Assembly (NCBI GenBank): GCA_965637545.1
Contig: OZ281499.1
Span: 10,292,001-10,356,000 of the forward strand
Length of the DNA: 64,000 bases
Direction: 5' to 3'
Source of the DNA: Phallusia mammillata
Taxonomy: Eukaryota
The position numbers and the translations under genes are program-made. This document shows positions 25,258-37,352 of the stretch, in pieces. Within the stretch, counting starts at the first letter, position 1, and every line of letters begins with the position of its first letter. Under the pieces are notes generated by a model. That model did no database searches and had not been told where the DNA came from. It was given only the letters and a program-made list of their open reading frames with translations.

Positions 25258-25305
25258 CCCTGATAAAGACGACCTGTATAGGACGTCGAAACGTCGGAAT
25301 AAAAA
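25258..25305 (+). ncRNA. Degenerate Penelope-type minimal hammerhead ribozyme followed by AATAAA
   Basis: CC-CTGATAA-A-GACGACC-tgtata-GGACGTC-GAA-ACGT-C-GG-AATAAA. The core differs from CUGANGA at G8. Confidence 0.55.
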
Positions 25306-25946
25306 TGTATTTGCCAGAAGAGCTCTACAAACTTGATATTATGCCTGGCAGCAATAGCTTATATATGCAACTACCAGTGTCTTTGACACTTGCTCTTTTG
25401 GAAATACTTGGTCATATAATAAACTTGTCAGTTATGGGTGCAGTTATGGAAAAACTGCACAAAACCCTGGAACGAAGGTTTGCCTGGTGGTCTTTATAGG
25501 CAGGATGGTCTTTCAAATCTTTATAGGCTTAAAACATCAGGTTTTAAGTCAGTTTATGATTGAATGTCACCAAACAATTTATTAACGTTTGTTACAACCA
25601 AACCCAATCAACTTGCATGGTTATACAATACAAAACAATTTTAGTTCAAATAAACAGTACTTGTAAAATAGTACCACTCATTGCGCCAAATAAATAAATG
25701 AATCGTGTAAATCGTTGGTAATTATCTCAAAAAGTTGGGATCGGAAAACAGCATAGAATGTCCATTAAATTAGCAAGCTTTTTGATAAAATTAACAAGCA
25801 TTTTGATTAAAGATCTACATAACCCCATGTCAAATATAAAAAATATAACAGCCTCAAAACTTCGACAAGCTTAAAACCTAGTACAAAAATTGTCACCAAG
25901 TGGTGCATAAGGTCAACCGTTTGACAATGCCCCTGCGGGTAGAGCG

Positions 25947-26080
25947 CCGTTTTGAAAATTTCCGGTAAGTGGCGCAACGGAGCATAGGAGTTGCGCAAGA
26001 TGCAAATTGCTGACTCAGCAATTATTCCCACCGCAAACGCCTATGATTCGTTGCGCCACCTACCGGAAATTCCCAAACCG
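25947..26080. repeat. Small palindromic element downstream of the NR5A stop, with a T-MARE in its loop
   Basis: Arms AATTTCCGGTAAGTGGCGCAACG and CGTTGCGCCACCTACCGGAAATT (23 bp, one mismatch, extending imperfectly to about 40 bp). TGCTGACTCAGCA at 26008-26020. Confidence 0.7.
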
Positions 26081-26164
26081 GCATGTTGTGACTTTCTGTG
26101 TTGGTAGCTCCACCGCTGCCTGGAGAATAGTTTTGTTAAAACTACAAGCCACATTTTCATGCGG

Positions 26165-29100
26165 TCAAAAAAGAAGATCGCGTTTACGGGAACTCAGCAT
26201 TTCCACTAATAACGAGTTATCAGACATTCGGCCGAGCTGGTGTTGTTGGACGAGAAATTGCTCGATCAAGAGCGCCAACGTGCGGACTTCGGAAAAACGG
26301 AAAAGAAGTTTGCCGATTCTGAAATACCAAAATATATTTGGTTTAATTTTTTTCAATTTTAAATCTTAAAAATTTAGTAGGAGACGTTAAGGATGTGATC
26401 TCATACAACAAAACTGTCCATTCTTTCCTTTCAACACAAACAAATGCATGACTTGTAAATGGACAGATTTCAAAGCAATATGAGCAGAAAAGCAGAGCCA
26501 GTATTTGTTTATGAAACATGACTATGTTTCGACAAGTACTAATGTCATCATTAGGTCGTCAAAATTCGAGTCATGTTTTATACACAAATACTGTCTCGGA
26601 TTTTTTTTTGCTCAGATCATTCCCAACCGTGCATAGTGCAACAAAGCAATATGTTTTAAAGAAACCTATTAATAAGCTAGCTACTTGCCTGTCAGGCTGT
26701 TCAGGATAGTTTTTGACATCATAATCACACAGCGCGGCATTAACCGATTCTTGAGCGCGATCTGCCACGGTGCTGTTTGATTCTAAAAATTTGGAATGTT
26801 TTAATAGTTGACCGTAAACAATTTCGTTGATGTAATGTCAGAAAAATATTTGTACGAAAAAGGGAAGAGGAAATCTATTGCAGCTAGCGTTTCAATTCCC
26901 TTGGTGGACAAATTAATAATTAAAAGCATTTTTTTTACGGTCGCCCTGTGAATGTATATTAAAAGCGTACGGTTTGCGTAGCTGCATTATTGCCTTGTGT
27001 TATTATTTTTAGACAAAGTTCGCTATGTTTACTTATGTCATGTGAAATTAATATGTCATTGCTCTTTATATGTTAAATCTAATTCAAACCTAATGGATAA
27101 AACTGAATTTAAATTTGTTGGGTACAACTGAATTCAACATTTTTAAATGCCATTTTGGAACAATGTTCTAAAATTTTAGTCAAATTACACCGCATTAAAA
27201 TCGTAAGTTCCATTTATGTCGGTATGTCGATTCGTCGCAAATATTTAAGTCTTACCCAATGTACACGTTCCGCAACCACACATAATTTGCGTTTACCTTC
27301 GTGCTAAAACCGCTATTAGTAATTATTAACCAAGACTTAGGAAGATTGGGGCGTGGTGCATTGGGTGGCAAAGTGGGCCCTTCCTGCGTGCAAACACATT
27401 ATCGCGTCGCATTGTTTGCGGTTTCCGAATTTTGTTTGTTACAGCGGTTTCCGAACTGTTTTGGACAACTGGTCCATTTTATAAGATCAATTGTAGTTTC
27501 TTGTGCGTTTAACTCATTTATTTTTAAGAACTAGATTTTATTTTTAACCTATATATAGTGATTTCACTTTGAGAAAAAAATGTCACAAACATTTATGTTT
27601 GCAGCCGGACAAATAATGTTTGAAACGATTTAGCTTTCAAGTCCGTTCAGGACTATGCCACTGGTTATTCGATACAACACAAATTCCAGTCGGGAAGCCT
27701 CTTCAAAAAATGCTCAAGCGTCCGATTATTCGGGCCTGATTTCACTCTTGACCTGATTTCTGCCACAGTTTTACAGACTTTCGGGCCAACATCGGGCTTT
27801 GTTTGGGGAAAAACTCGCGGATTCGCTTACAACTCTGCTATATATAGTATGAAAGAAGTTCTTCTGAGAACAAACAGTGATATATTTTCCTATTGTACAT
27901 ACCTGCGTTAAAAATGGCAAGATGCTTTAAACAAACATACTCGGCTTCGTCTAAGCCAAGCAATCGGAACTTCTGCTCGAGGTCTGCAGCTTTGTATAGA
28001 ATTTTGTCGGCAATTGAGTTGTCTGTGATTTGCGTGCGGGGAAAGCGATGCCCACTCACAAGTACAGTTTCCTCTGTGCTTGACTTTAGCTTCAATTAAA
28101 CAAGTTTTGCTTTAAAAGTTTGTTTGTAAATTCATTTTATGTATTCATTACGAGTTGAGAATATTTTAAGCGTGACTTTCGTTTCATCATTAATTGATGT
28201 CAATGCGCTTGAACTGAACCATTAGATATGCTCAATTAAAAAAATGTGAAGTTTTTTAAGAAATTAAGAGCTAATCAAAATAAAATTTGAAGATACCATA
28301 TGTTATGAGGAATAAACACAACAAACCTGACGATTTATGTGGTCAAGGATCAGTAATTCAACCCAACTGGCATGAAGAAATTGCATTTGGTCATCGAGCT
28401 GTTAAAAAATCACACAGGTACATTATTTGTATCGTTCGGATGTGTGTTTGCCTGAATACTCGGGTTTCGGGAAATTCTGCGATGCCACCTACGGTAAATC
28501 TGAATTGTGGACAAACGAACAACGCCGGCTATGACGTGTTTACTGTGTGGTTGCGGCTATCTGCGTAGACATAGCGTGCGAACGGCTAATGTGTTGGTCA
28601 AACAGTATCCGTGCTCACGACGGATGCTTATCTTGCTTTTTGTTTGCGGTATGTATGTGCCAGCGATTTTTTTACTCTTTTTCAGCGATTGCTAAAAATT
28701 TTTAGCTTCTATGGATGTATTATGTCGACGTTTATATAGCAAGACCAAGAATGCTTGCGTCTGTTTTGGTCGCATACGGTGGAGTTTTGCACATGTTTAT
28801 GTATTTTCTCACACCCTAGCTTAAAATACAACAATCAGTCCGACGCGCATGCTACAGAATCAAATAGTGTACTATTTGATTTATTGGTGGGTTCATTCTC
28901 CATTGTGTTGTTTTTCTGTAACAAAATATTATTTCCACCCTTAGCAGCTCATACGCTTCAATGCAGGCCAAGAAATCATCCTAATCCTAATCCTAATCGA
29001 GCAAAATTATAAATGAATATTTGTATCTAGTAATAAATAAATACAAAAACGTAAAAAAGGCAAACTGCATTTAATACAATCCTAAGAGGGTTTTTCTTCT

Positions 29101-32100
29101 TTTTTGTGCGAGCGGTCCAATATGTTATTAGTATTTTTACACTATGAATGCATTTACCTCCAGGTTTGAGAAAAACTTTAGGTTTTTTGCCCATTCGACG
29201 AGAATGTACAGGGATTGATCAGCAATAAGAAACAACAAAGAATAGGTATCTTGAAGGTAGTTAGGAGGACAAGACTGAAGTCCATAATTTACTCGTTCTC
29301 TCAGCTAAAACAAAACCGTAACAAAGCAATCAAATAACATCCAATATTTCAAACACAAAAATTATTATCAATTAGTGTTACAAAAGCAGAAAAAATGTAA
29401 AACAGCGTTACTACTAATTGTCTTTAGCAAATTCTTACCACCGGCTCTGTCATTTCGGCTCGCAACAGCTGCTCGATAAGTTCAGGAACGTGAACTCTTC
29501 TTTTTACAAAATCGTCTACATCAAACGCTGGCAAATTGATCTCAGTGTTGTGCAGTGGTACTGGATTTTGCTGTGGGAAGTTCGTTGCTGGTAACTTACA
29601 GTCAATAGAAGTCAAGTACCCTGGAAGACCTTCCAATGATTGCGGTGCGGGATCCCGTAAAAGTCCGTTTAGGCACGGAAATCCGTGAGAAATGACGCGG
29701 AATCCACAAGGGGGAGATGAGTACGGATTGAAGGGTTGAGCGTTGGGAAACGGGAATACTGTGGCCGTATTTGCCGGAGGTAGGCAATGAAAAGGTGGCG
29801 TGGGTTTGGTGGTCTCTTGCAAGTAGGAGCAGGGCTGGAAATACCCGGAAAGAGCAGTGTTTGGCTGAAGAGGACCCAGGATAATTTGCGGTAAAACTTG
29901 AGACCGATGCTGATTGGTTCCATTGTGATGCCAAGTAGGATCGTCTCCAAGGATTATCTGTGGCGCGCTGGTCGAGTTCTAGCAAAAAGACCATCTCGAT
30001 TGAGCAATGAATAACTTACTAAAAGCCGACATGGCTTTGCACAGGCGTTGTTAGGTTGGATAACAGAAATGAATACACGCACATAAAGTATGTTTTTAGT
30101 TGACTCATTTTTTTGAAAGAAGCTACCTCCATTTGATTGCTTGGATTTTTCGAATTATTCTTGTTCATCTCATCGAGTAGTTTCATTTGTTGTTTTCGTT
30201 CGCGGTCCTTCTTATACAGTGGCCCAAGGGAGTTCCTTCCACCGCGTACCCGGTCCTTGCGAACAGCTGTACGACACAAACTTTAATAAAAATGGCGTCT
30301 GCCATGGCCAAGTTTCCAGGCTAGCGGTCATGGTGCACTTAAACTTCAAATAAATTGTAGAGTGGTGAATAAATATTTTTTTTCGAACTTGTAAAGAGAA
30401 GATATAAACGTTCATGAAGCAGAAAAGAGAAATTGTTGTTCCGTTGTATTAGTTTTGTGGTTAAACTAAACTGTTATGCTTCGGATACACAACCACTAAA
30501 TAAAAAAGTAGAAATTGATCGAATATTCGGTTTGACGAATTTATTCAGTTTGCCGAATTTATTAAGCCCAATAGGTCATTTGTACAAAGATTATGTTTCA
30601 GCCGAACATTTTTTTGCGATTCAGATATCATCTTTGGCAAACTCAAATTTAAAGCGTGAAAACTTTTTTCAGATTTATGAGGTACCACACGATCTTTAAA
30701 ACTACGCCATAACTAAAAGTACGTCAATTATTATAAATTTTGAAATATGTTTTTTTTTCACCCAGGCAAAAAAGTCAGTAATTCATTTGCAAGCTACCAT
30801 GGCCAAGGGCCCAAGGCAACCTTATACCTCACAGAAAATAAAATAATGATTAAACACAACAATTTTTGCACTGTTTGCCTGGTAGATAAACTTCTGTTTC
30901 CATGCCAAACGCGTAGAGCAGTGGTCGGCAACCTTTATTGTACTGCGGACCGTTTTAAAAAATGAAATTCTATCGCGGACCGGCTTTCATAAAACTGCAT
31001 GAGTTTAGCAATAAAAACGCATTAGTTTGTTTATCATCCTCGGTAGACACAGACAAAATTTTTCAAAACATTATGCTGAAAAAGTATACGGTCCGGTAAC
31101 GAACTTCTTGCAGACCGGCACAGGGCCGCGGACCAGCGGTTGCCGACCACTGGCGTAGAGTACAACTTCGCGTCACGGTATAAATAATTCGGTCAAATTT
31201 ATTCGGCAAAGTCGGTTTCAGGCAAACTCAAATTCGGCCGATTCGGTGTTTATACAACAAAAGTCTTACCCTCGACTTTCATTCCGACATTGATGCACTT
31301 CTGAAATCTGCAGTGTTGACAACCTTTGCGTTGTGTTTTGTCGATCAGGCATCTGCTAGTATGAACGCAAGAGTATTTCTTGCCGTTTTGCACTGTTCTC
31401 TTGAAAAAGCCTTTGCAACTCTCGCACGTTAAGAGGCCATAATGGTAACCGGAAACCTAAAAACACTCTGGTTTGTTTTCTGGACATAACGCAGCGATTT
31501 TTTTACATGATTTGGCCATGCAAAAATGTATAAAAACACCAACACAATACACAAGCGTTAATGTTTTAAATATTTTTTAATCATAAATCTAATACTTTAT
31601 GGCGATGCGAAATTTTTTTTATAGCGCCTACCACCGCAACATCTTAGTTGTTTGAGAAGCTTTAAAATACCTTAGCCCATAAAACTTAGTTTGGGAGACT
31701 GTTAAGCGGTTTTATTAATCCTGGCCGAAGAATTTGGCATGCTTCAAAAGAAAAACGTTTGAAATGAAAAATAAAACTTCAAAATGAAAAAAAAGTATGT
31801 TTTAAAGTTTACAAAGAATGCATTTTAAAGAAGACATGTCAAAGTGTGTCATTTTAATTTTCAATCCTAACTACAGCGCCGCACCGATAAACCTATCTGG
31901 TCCGGTTTTTTTTGTTACTTTTTAATACGTTTTTTAATACTGTGATAAAAATTGCAACTTAAACACCCAACTCCGTAAATATTAGGAGGTCCGTTATAAC
32001 TTGCGGTGACTGGTAAGATGTACAAATCTGCAATTTCACATATATCGTCCTCTCAAAAAATATAACAACGTTGTTAATACGTACCTTGTCGCCGCAAACA

Positions 32101-32147
32101 GGGCAAGGCTCATTGTAAACTGTGTCCTTCGCCTTTGCCTCCTTCAT
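26165..32147 (-). CDS. NR5A: Nuclear receptor NR5A (FTZ-F1 / SF-1 / LRH-1 family), about 527 aa, 9 exons
   Basis: Exons (minus strand) 32147-32085, 31456-31270, 30266-30127, 29978-29439, 29304-29158, 28398-28327, 28089-27903, 26782-26689 and 26318-26165. [38 protein letters not shown]1 box [50 protein letters not shown]...W.ELLILDH, and AF-2 LLVEML. The last intron is GC-AG. Confidence 0.93.
27700..27837. mobile_element. MITE end fragment (CTTACAACTCTG family) in NR5A intron 7
   Basis: Terminus shared with 21336 and 38226; TCGGGCC motifs. Confidence 0.5.
30509..31253. mobile_element. TAG-terminated hAT-like MITE in NR5A intron 2, interrupted by a younger MITE
   Basis: Homologous to 17525-17820; CCGAAT/ATTCGG subterminal motifs at both ends. 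Confidence 0.6.
30919..31152. mobile_element. Young 234-bp hAT MITE
   Basis: Perfect 15-bp TIR CAGTGGTCGGCAACC/GGTTGCCGACCACTG and perfect TSD GCGTAGAG at 30911-30918 and 31153-31160. Confidence 0.95.
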
Positions 32148-33343
32148 GATTGTAGGCTACTGTAGATTGCAATGGTTCTCTGTCCTTGGTGACAAGGGTA
32201 ACTACCAGAACGACCTTTGTCCATTCATAGCTTTGGGTCATCAAAACGCAGCAAAACATTTACAGGCATGTTGACATACTAAGATAAGATTTGACCAACC
32301 TGAAATGAACTGATGAAATAAGCATATAAACACCAGTGACAGGTAAAAGGATGCTAAAATGAGCTTTTGAATATACATCTGCTCAAAGTCTATCTTATTT
32401 AACACCAGATATGGAAAACAACAAAAATCTGTTACTTGTATTTCTCACTGGTTCTTCACGAGTAGTTACCTACAAAACTGTTTGCATAATTCCTGCACAA
32501 ATATTTGTAGTCGTTAATCAGTAAGCAGATCTCAGCAATACAGTCTTGCACTATAGTTACCTTTTTAGTAGATAAAGGTTACTTATTTCAAAATGATCAC
32601 AAACTTTTACAGATACTAAATGTCATTCAACCTAATTACACTTTCGAACAAAACAAGTTGAAGCAAAGCATTTTAGAAATACTTTAATAATTCAACATGA
32701 GCCTTTAAATCAATTCCAGTGCTTTGTATGTAGCAAAACTGATTTGAACAACCCCTTTGCCATAATACTAAACGTTACATTGTCGCTAAATACACCAATG
32801 CGCGTTTTATGACACTGCGTTGCCTAAAACAAACGTGCGTCAGAAGAGAAACCAAATTAACAGTGGTTGGCTTATGTGTTATCAGTAAATGGTTACTCTG
32901 TTTGTTTAATGTCGTAATCATTGTACCTAAATGCTAACTGCGCCTCTCATGAAGAATCCAAGCACCTACAATTAGTCACACATTCTTCGAACATTTGATT
33001 AGAATGTAGCGACAAGCTGGTTCGTTATACTCATGTAACTTCTAAGTAAAGCCTGCCAGTATGCGTTTTACAACTTTATTAAAAGTAGTGACCGCAATAC
33101 GATTTACAGTTGCAATGTTGAATAAAAATGTTATAAGATTTGGTAGGTTATAATTACAACTAGCACCTCGGACATGACTGTGGTTTGTGAAGCAATACCC
33201 CCCCAAAAATTATGGTTTAAACTATTTATATGCAAACCTATGTTAATCTCTTCAGTCTGTCTCACAAAACACCAGAATCGTTTATAATAAGCCTGGCCCG
33301 AATGGGGTGGAGCGTAGAGACAATAAAGAGTTAGCTAATTTGT

Positions 33344-34136
33344 TGGAAATGCTTGGAGGACCAGCTGATTCGGTACAATGCCTTTAATAGGCCTGGCGTA
33401 CTATGATTTGACAAGCCAACTAGTTCAAAATTGCTCGATTTAGCCGTAAAACTTCCGTCTGAAGAAATAAACAAATCAACCGACACAGTCTTCAATCATA
33501 TTGAACTGCTACGTGCAGTTCAATTTTGTCAATTAATTAATGCCGAAAATAAAGACGTTTCTGTCTAAATTTGTGTTAAGTACGAACTAAACTTAGGTGT
33601 GCCAATAACTTATAGTCAGAAACCAATCCGAATACGACAAGCCAACTAGCTGATTCTTCACAACGCCTTTAATAGGCCTGGCGTACTATGAATTATCGAT
33701 ATGTATGCCGTGTTCGCTGGTCTGCATCGACGCTTCATGGCTGATCCCAGTATGAATATGTTCATCTTAGCTGAAACGGTCGAACTGGCGATCCCCTGCT
33801 ACGAAGCTGACACGTGCAGCATACAAGGCAGGCAACGATGCATGTGATTCGAATTTCGGCGGTTTCTCCACTGAGCCTGTGTAGCTCAGTTGGTAGAACG
33901 CGAGTCCCGGAAAGACTCATTTATGTCGTGGGTTTGAATCCCACCGAGGCTTAAGCCATATGGAAATGCTTGGAAGACCAGCTGATTCGGTACAATGCCT
34001 TTAATAGGCCTGGCGTACTATGATTTGACAAGCCAACTAGTTCAAAATTGCTCGATTTAGCCGTAAAACTTCCGCCTGAAGAAATAAACAAATCAACCGA
34101 CACAGTCTTCAATCATATTGAACTGCTACGTGCAGT
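33344..34136 (+). repeat. 176-bp near-identical direct repeats (33344-33519, 33961-34136) flanking SINE pieces
   Basis: The two copies differ at only a couple of positions; a third partial unit lies at about 33640-33690. Confidence 0.9.
33875..33950 (+). mobile_element. tRNA-like SINE head / tRNA pseudogene (not an intact tRNA)
   Basis: A-box TAGCTCAGTTGG, GAGTC/GACTC anticodon stem, T-arm GTGGG-TTTGAAT-CCCAC. The acceptor stem is mismatched, position 33 is C instead of U, and the variable arm is irregular. Confidence 0.7.
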
Positions 34137-35106
34137 GCTAAACTCCATTTTTTTTCTGCCGAGGCGCAACACACCACTGGGTTCCAAAGTTCAAGAATCA
34201 CATGTTGGACTAAAAGTTCAAGGCCCACCTAAAGTGTCTTTGGAACCTACCACAGGTTGTTCGTGGCACTTGGATTTGTTTTGTGAAGTCTGATCAGGTT
34301 ATCGTAAAACCTTTCCATGTCAACATTCTCGACGGCAACATTCTCATCGTCGCTAAGGACTGTCCTCGGGACACCCGGGTCTTTAGGCAAGTTTTATTTG
34401 ACCAGCAGAACCCGCGGGTTTACCCACCGTCTTTTACAACCAGGCGTATACCCCGCCAGGTTCGTGCGGTCGGTTGCGATCCTACGGCAGAATATATATA
34501 CCCAGAACACGAAATTCAAGTACCGTGGTTAGCGCAACCGCTTTTTGTACACAAGGTTGTTGGTTCTAATCTGCACTTGGTTCACTTGTATTTGCTTAAA
34601 CAAGAAATTTTAAAGGCATTGCTCCAACCTAGGCGATTTTTATGGATTGATATAAACATAGTTCACCAACACACAAGTTAAAATCATAATCTAGAAGACT
34701 TTCAGTAAAACGCACATCTCGGGAGCATTGTGTGTCTAACGCATATCAGGCTTTGTCCACCCAGAGAGGATAAATATAAAACACACAAGCACAAAATGCA
34801 AGTTAATACTAATCAACATGACGTGGATTAACATAACTCGACTCATTATTTTATTTAGGTTCGTATGATCAATTAGCAATCTTGAAAAAAAGACGTCAAC
34901 GTTTTCCAACTTATAGGCCTATTTGCTGTATAAACAAAAACTGGGTTCTGTTCCCAAAGTTTGTTTACCATTGTATTAAGCTGCCTTACCGGCAAATTGT
35001 CAACCAACAATCTGATTACAGTTGTGTTATACACAAAAAGTCTTCTACTTGACCATAAAAAAAATCTTATTTCTTCCATAGTAAATATTTCGCTAAGTAC
35101 ACGTAT

Positions 35107-36530
35107 TTAACACCCGATTCACCCAGAAGTCCTCAATTTGAAACGCTTAAGGTACACAAATATCCCCGTTTCTTATCGGGGCGTGGTCTAATTTTAGAGG
35201 TTGTGTTATAATGTAGCCCGATTGCTAATCATTTTATCGGAAATGGTCATGGAGCATTAATTTTGTTTTTGATTATTAAATATTGTATTTACTGCAAAAA
35301 TAATCGCAGGTAAAATGGGTTTGAAACTCTAAAATGCAAAATGGGCCAAAATTGTTGTATCTGATAGGCATCTAGGTTTTGATAAAAAATGAGTAATGAA
35401 AAGAGGGCCGTTCGGAGTAGGAAAGCATGTCCAGTGCTTAACCTTCATGAAGCTAACTGCCATGTTATAACTGTCTTTCTCATCTCTTTCTGTAATTCTG
35501 GCATATGTCGTTTTGAATTTTCGGCACATTTAAGAATATGGTAGGTTACCTCCAGTGTTTTATCTTTTTTGTACCACTTAGACTTTCATTTCTGCTGGCT
35601 AAACTAAAGCATAAACCCTTTCAAGTTAAATGTTGCATATACTTTTTATTTTTTGTTATAGTTTAAAAACTAGAAGACTGATAAAAGCATAAAAAAATAA
35701 CAGAAACATTCCATAGGTAAGCCAATATCTCCTTGGAAAACATGGAAAAAATCATTGATTGTGGAAGAATTGTGTGGGTACTATAAGCTCACTGAAAGTG
35801 TCAACAAAATCATTGATGTTGATCTACAATAAGAAGTAAAAGAAAAAATGTACGCAACATTTAACTTGACAATTGGGGTTTACCCCAAAGAGGCTTGAGT
35901 TTAGCCAGAAGAAATGAAGGTCTGAGTGTCACAGCGAAAACACTGGAGGTGAGCTCCGATATTCTAAAATGGGCCGAAAATTCAAATCAACATCTGCCCG
36001 AATTACGGAAAGAGGTGAGAAAGACCTTCATAACATGGCAACCTCTTACGGTGAATTATTGCATTTCAATCTGTCAAGTCCAACATTCGATGGTGTAATG
36101 GCCCTTAGTTAGCTTCATGAAGGTTAAGCGCTATAAAAATGCTTTCCCACCCTGAGCAGTCACATTTTATTACTTAATTTTTGATCAGAACCTGGATGCC
36201 TATCAAAATAATCTTGACCAATTTAGTCTTTTACATTTTACAGTTTATTACCGGAGAAAATCTATTACTGCTGTTTTGCTTTTTTCTTAACATTGTACAT
36301 TAAACTGTCGTTTTCATTTAAAATCCATTTTAACTAATTATTTCTACAGAAAATATAATATTATCAATAAAACAAATTTAATGCTTCATGACCATTTTCG
36401 ATAAAACCGTCAGCAATCGGGCTGTGTAAAAACAAGTTCTAAAATTCGAACACTGTCCGATAAGAAACGGGGATTTTATCGTACCGTAAGCGTTCCTAAA
36501 CGAGGACTTTTTGGCGAATGGGTGTATTAA
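35107..36530. repeat. About 1.4-kb imperfect palindrome (foldback element or old inverted duplication)
   Basis: The left arm about 35107-35615 aligns by eye to the reverse complement of about 35890-36530, with insertions in the right arm. Central spacer about 270 bp. Confidence 0.8.
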
Positions 36531-37213
36531 CCCAACTTTTCTTGATCATTGGCGCCAACTTAGAATCGCTTTAAGAGTGATATTTGTACTTTTAAAGTTT
36601 GTAGTTCACAACTGGTCGGTATAAAACTCCAATGTTACCTGATTTTAATATGTTACTTTGCAGCAAACTTTGCAACAAAAGTCTTAAAAGCTCTTGTGTG
36701 GAGCGCATGACTAATGAAATAAACTAGAATTCGACTGCGATAGTGGAAATATTTCAACTTTTTCTAGCTATGTTTAGTGGTTTTAAGGTGTTGATTTAGC
36801 AAACAACTAACAGTCAGTGTAGTGGGCTGGCTCTTTTCAAAACTGCACGTTAGTAACTTCGACAAAGTGCATGTTGCAGGGGTTAAATCACCAGTGTTTG
36901 CTTTGCGAGAATCAGTGTTCTAGTAAATCGTGCGACAACTTAATTAAACTCTAAGCTTGCAAGTATATTATTATATCGCCTGACAGTGCTGTCGCCTTAC
37001 TGAAATGCAATAATTGAGTTTGTTTTTTGGATTTTTAAAACATCTGACTTACTTGTGGCTTTTAAACTAAATTAGAATCCTGGTAAAATCTAAGCATTTT
37101 TTAAACTCACATAAGCTTTTTCCGGCATTTTTTAAATTACTGAATACTTTTAAAATGTTGTTCACTTTGGCATGTTATTATCACATTTCTCGTAAATTTT
37201 AAAAAACGAATCC

Positions 37214-37352
37214 CAGGTAAAATGGGTTTGAAACTCTAATATGCAAAATGGGCCAAAATTGTTGTATCTGATAGGCATCTAGGTTTTGATAAAAAATGAG
37301 TAATGAAAAGAGGGCCGTTCGGAGTAGGATGTCCAGTGCTTAACCTTAACCT
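37214..37352 (+). repeat. Near-identical copy of 35307-35447 flanked by 31-bp direct repeats
   Basis: One substitution and a 5-bp deletion relative to the source. Flanks TCACATTTCT(C/A)GTAAATTTT(A/G)AAAAACGAAT at 37181-37211 and 37353-37383. Confidence 0.85.

Noticed and set aside
33875-33950. Functional tRNA (anticodon GGA)
   Set aside because: Broken acceptor stem, C at position 33, T-loop TTT instead of TTC and an irregular variable arm; embedded in SINE-related repeats.
34283-34681. 132-aa ORF in a GC-richer patch upstream of NR5A
   Set aside because: No recognisable domain. The antisense frame has several stops, and I found no phase-compatible donor linking it to NR5A exon 1. It might be a decayed coding fragment but cannot be supported.
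35438-36127. Apparent piggyBac MITE: perfect 17-bp TIR (CCTTCATGAAGCTAACT) flanked by TTAA
   Set aside because: Inverted homology continues both outside and inside the supposed TIRs, so this is a conserved patch of the larger 35107-36530 palindrome and not an element boundary.
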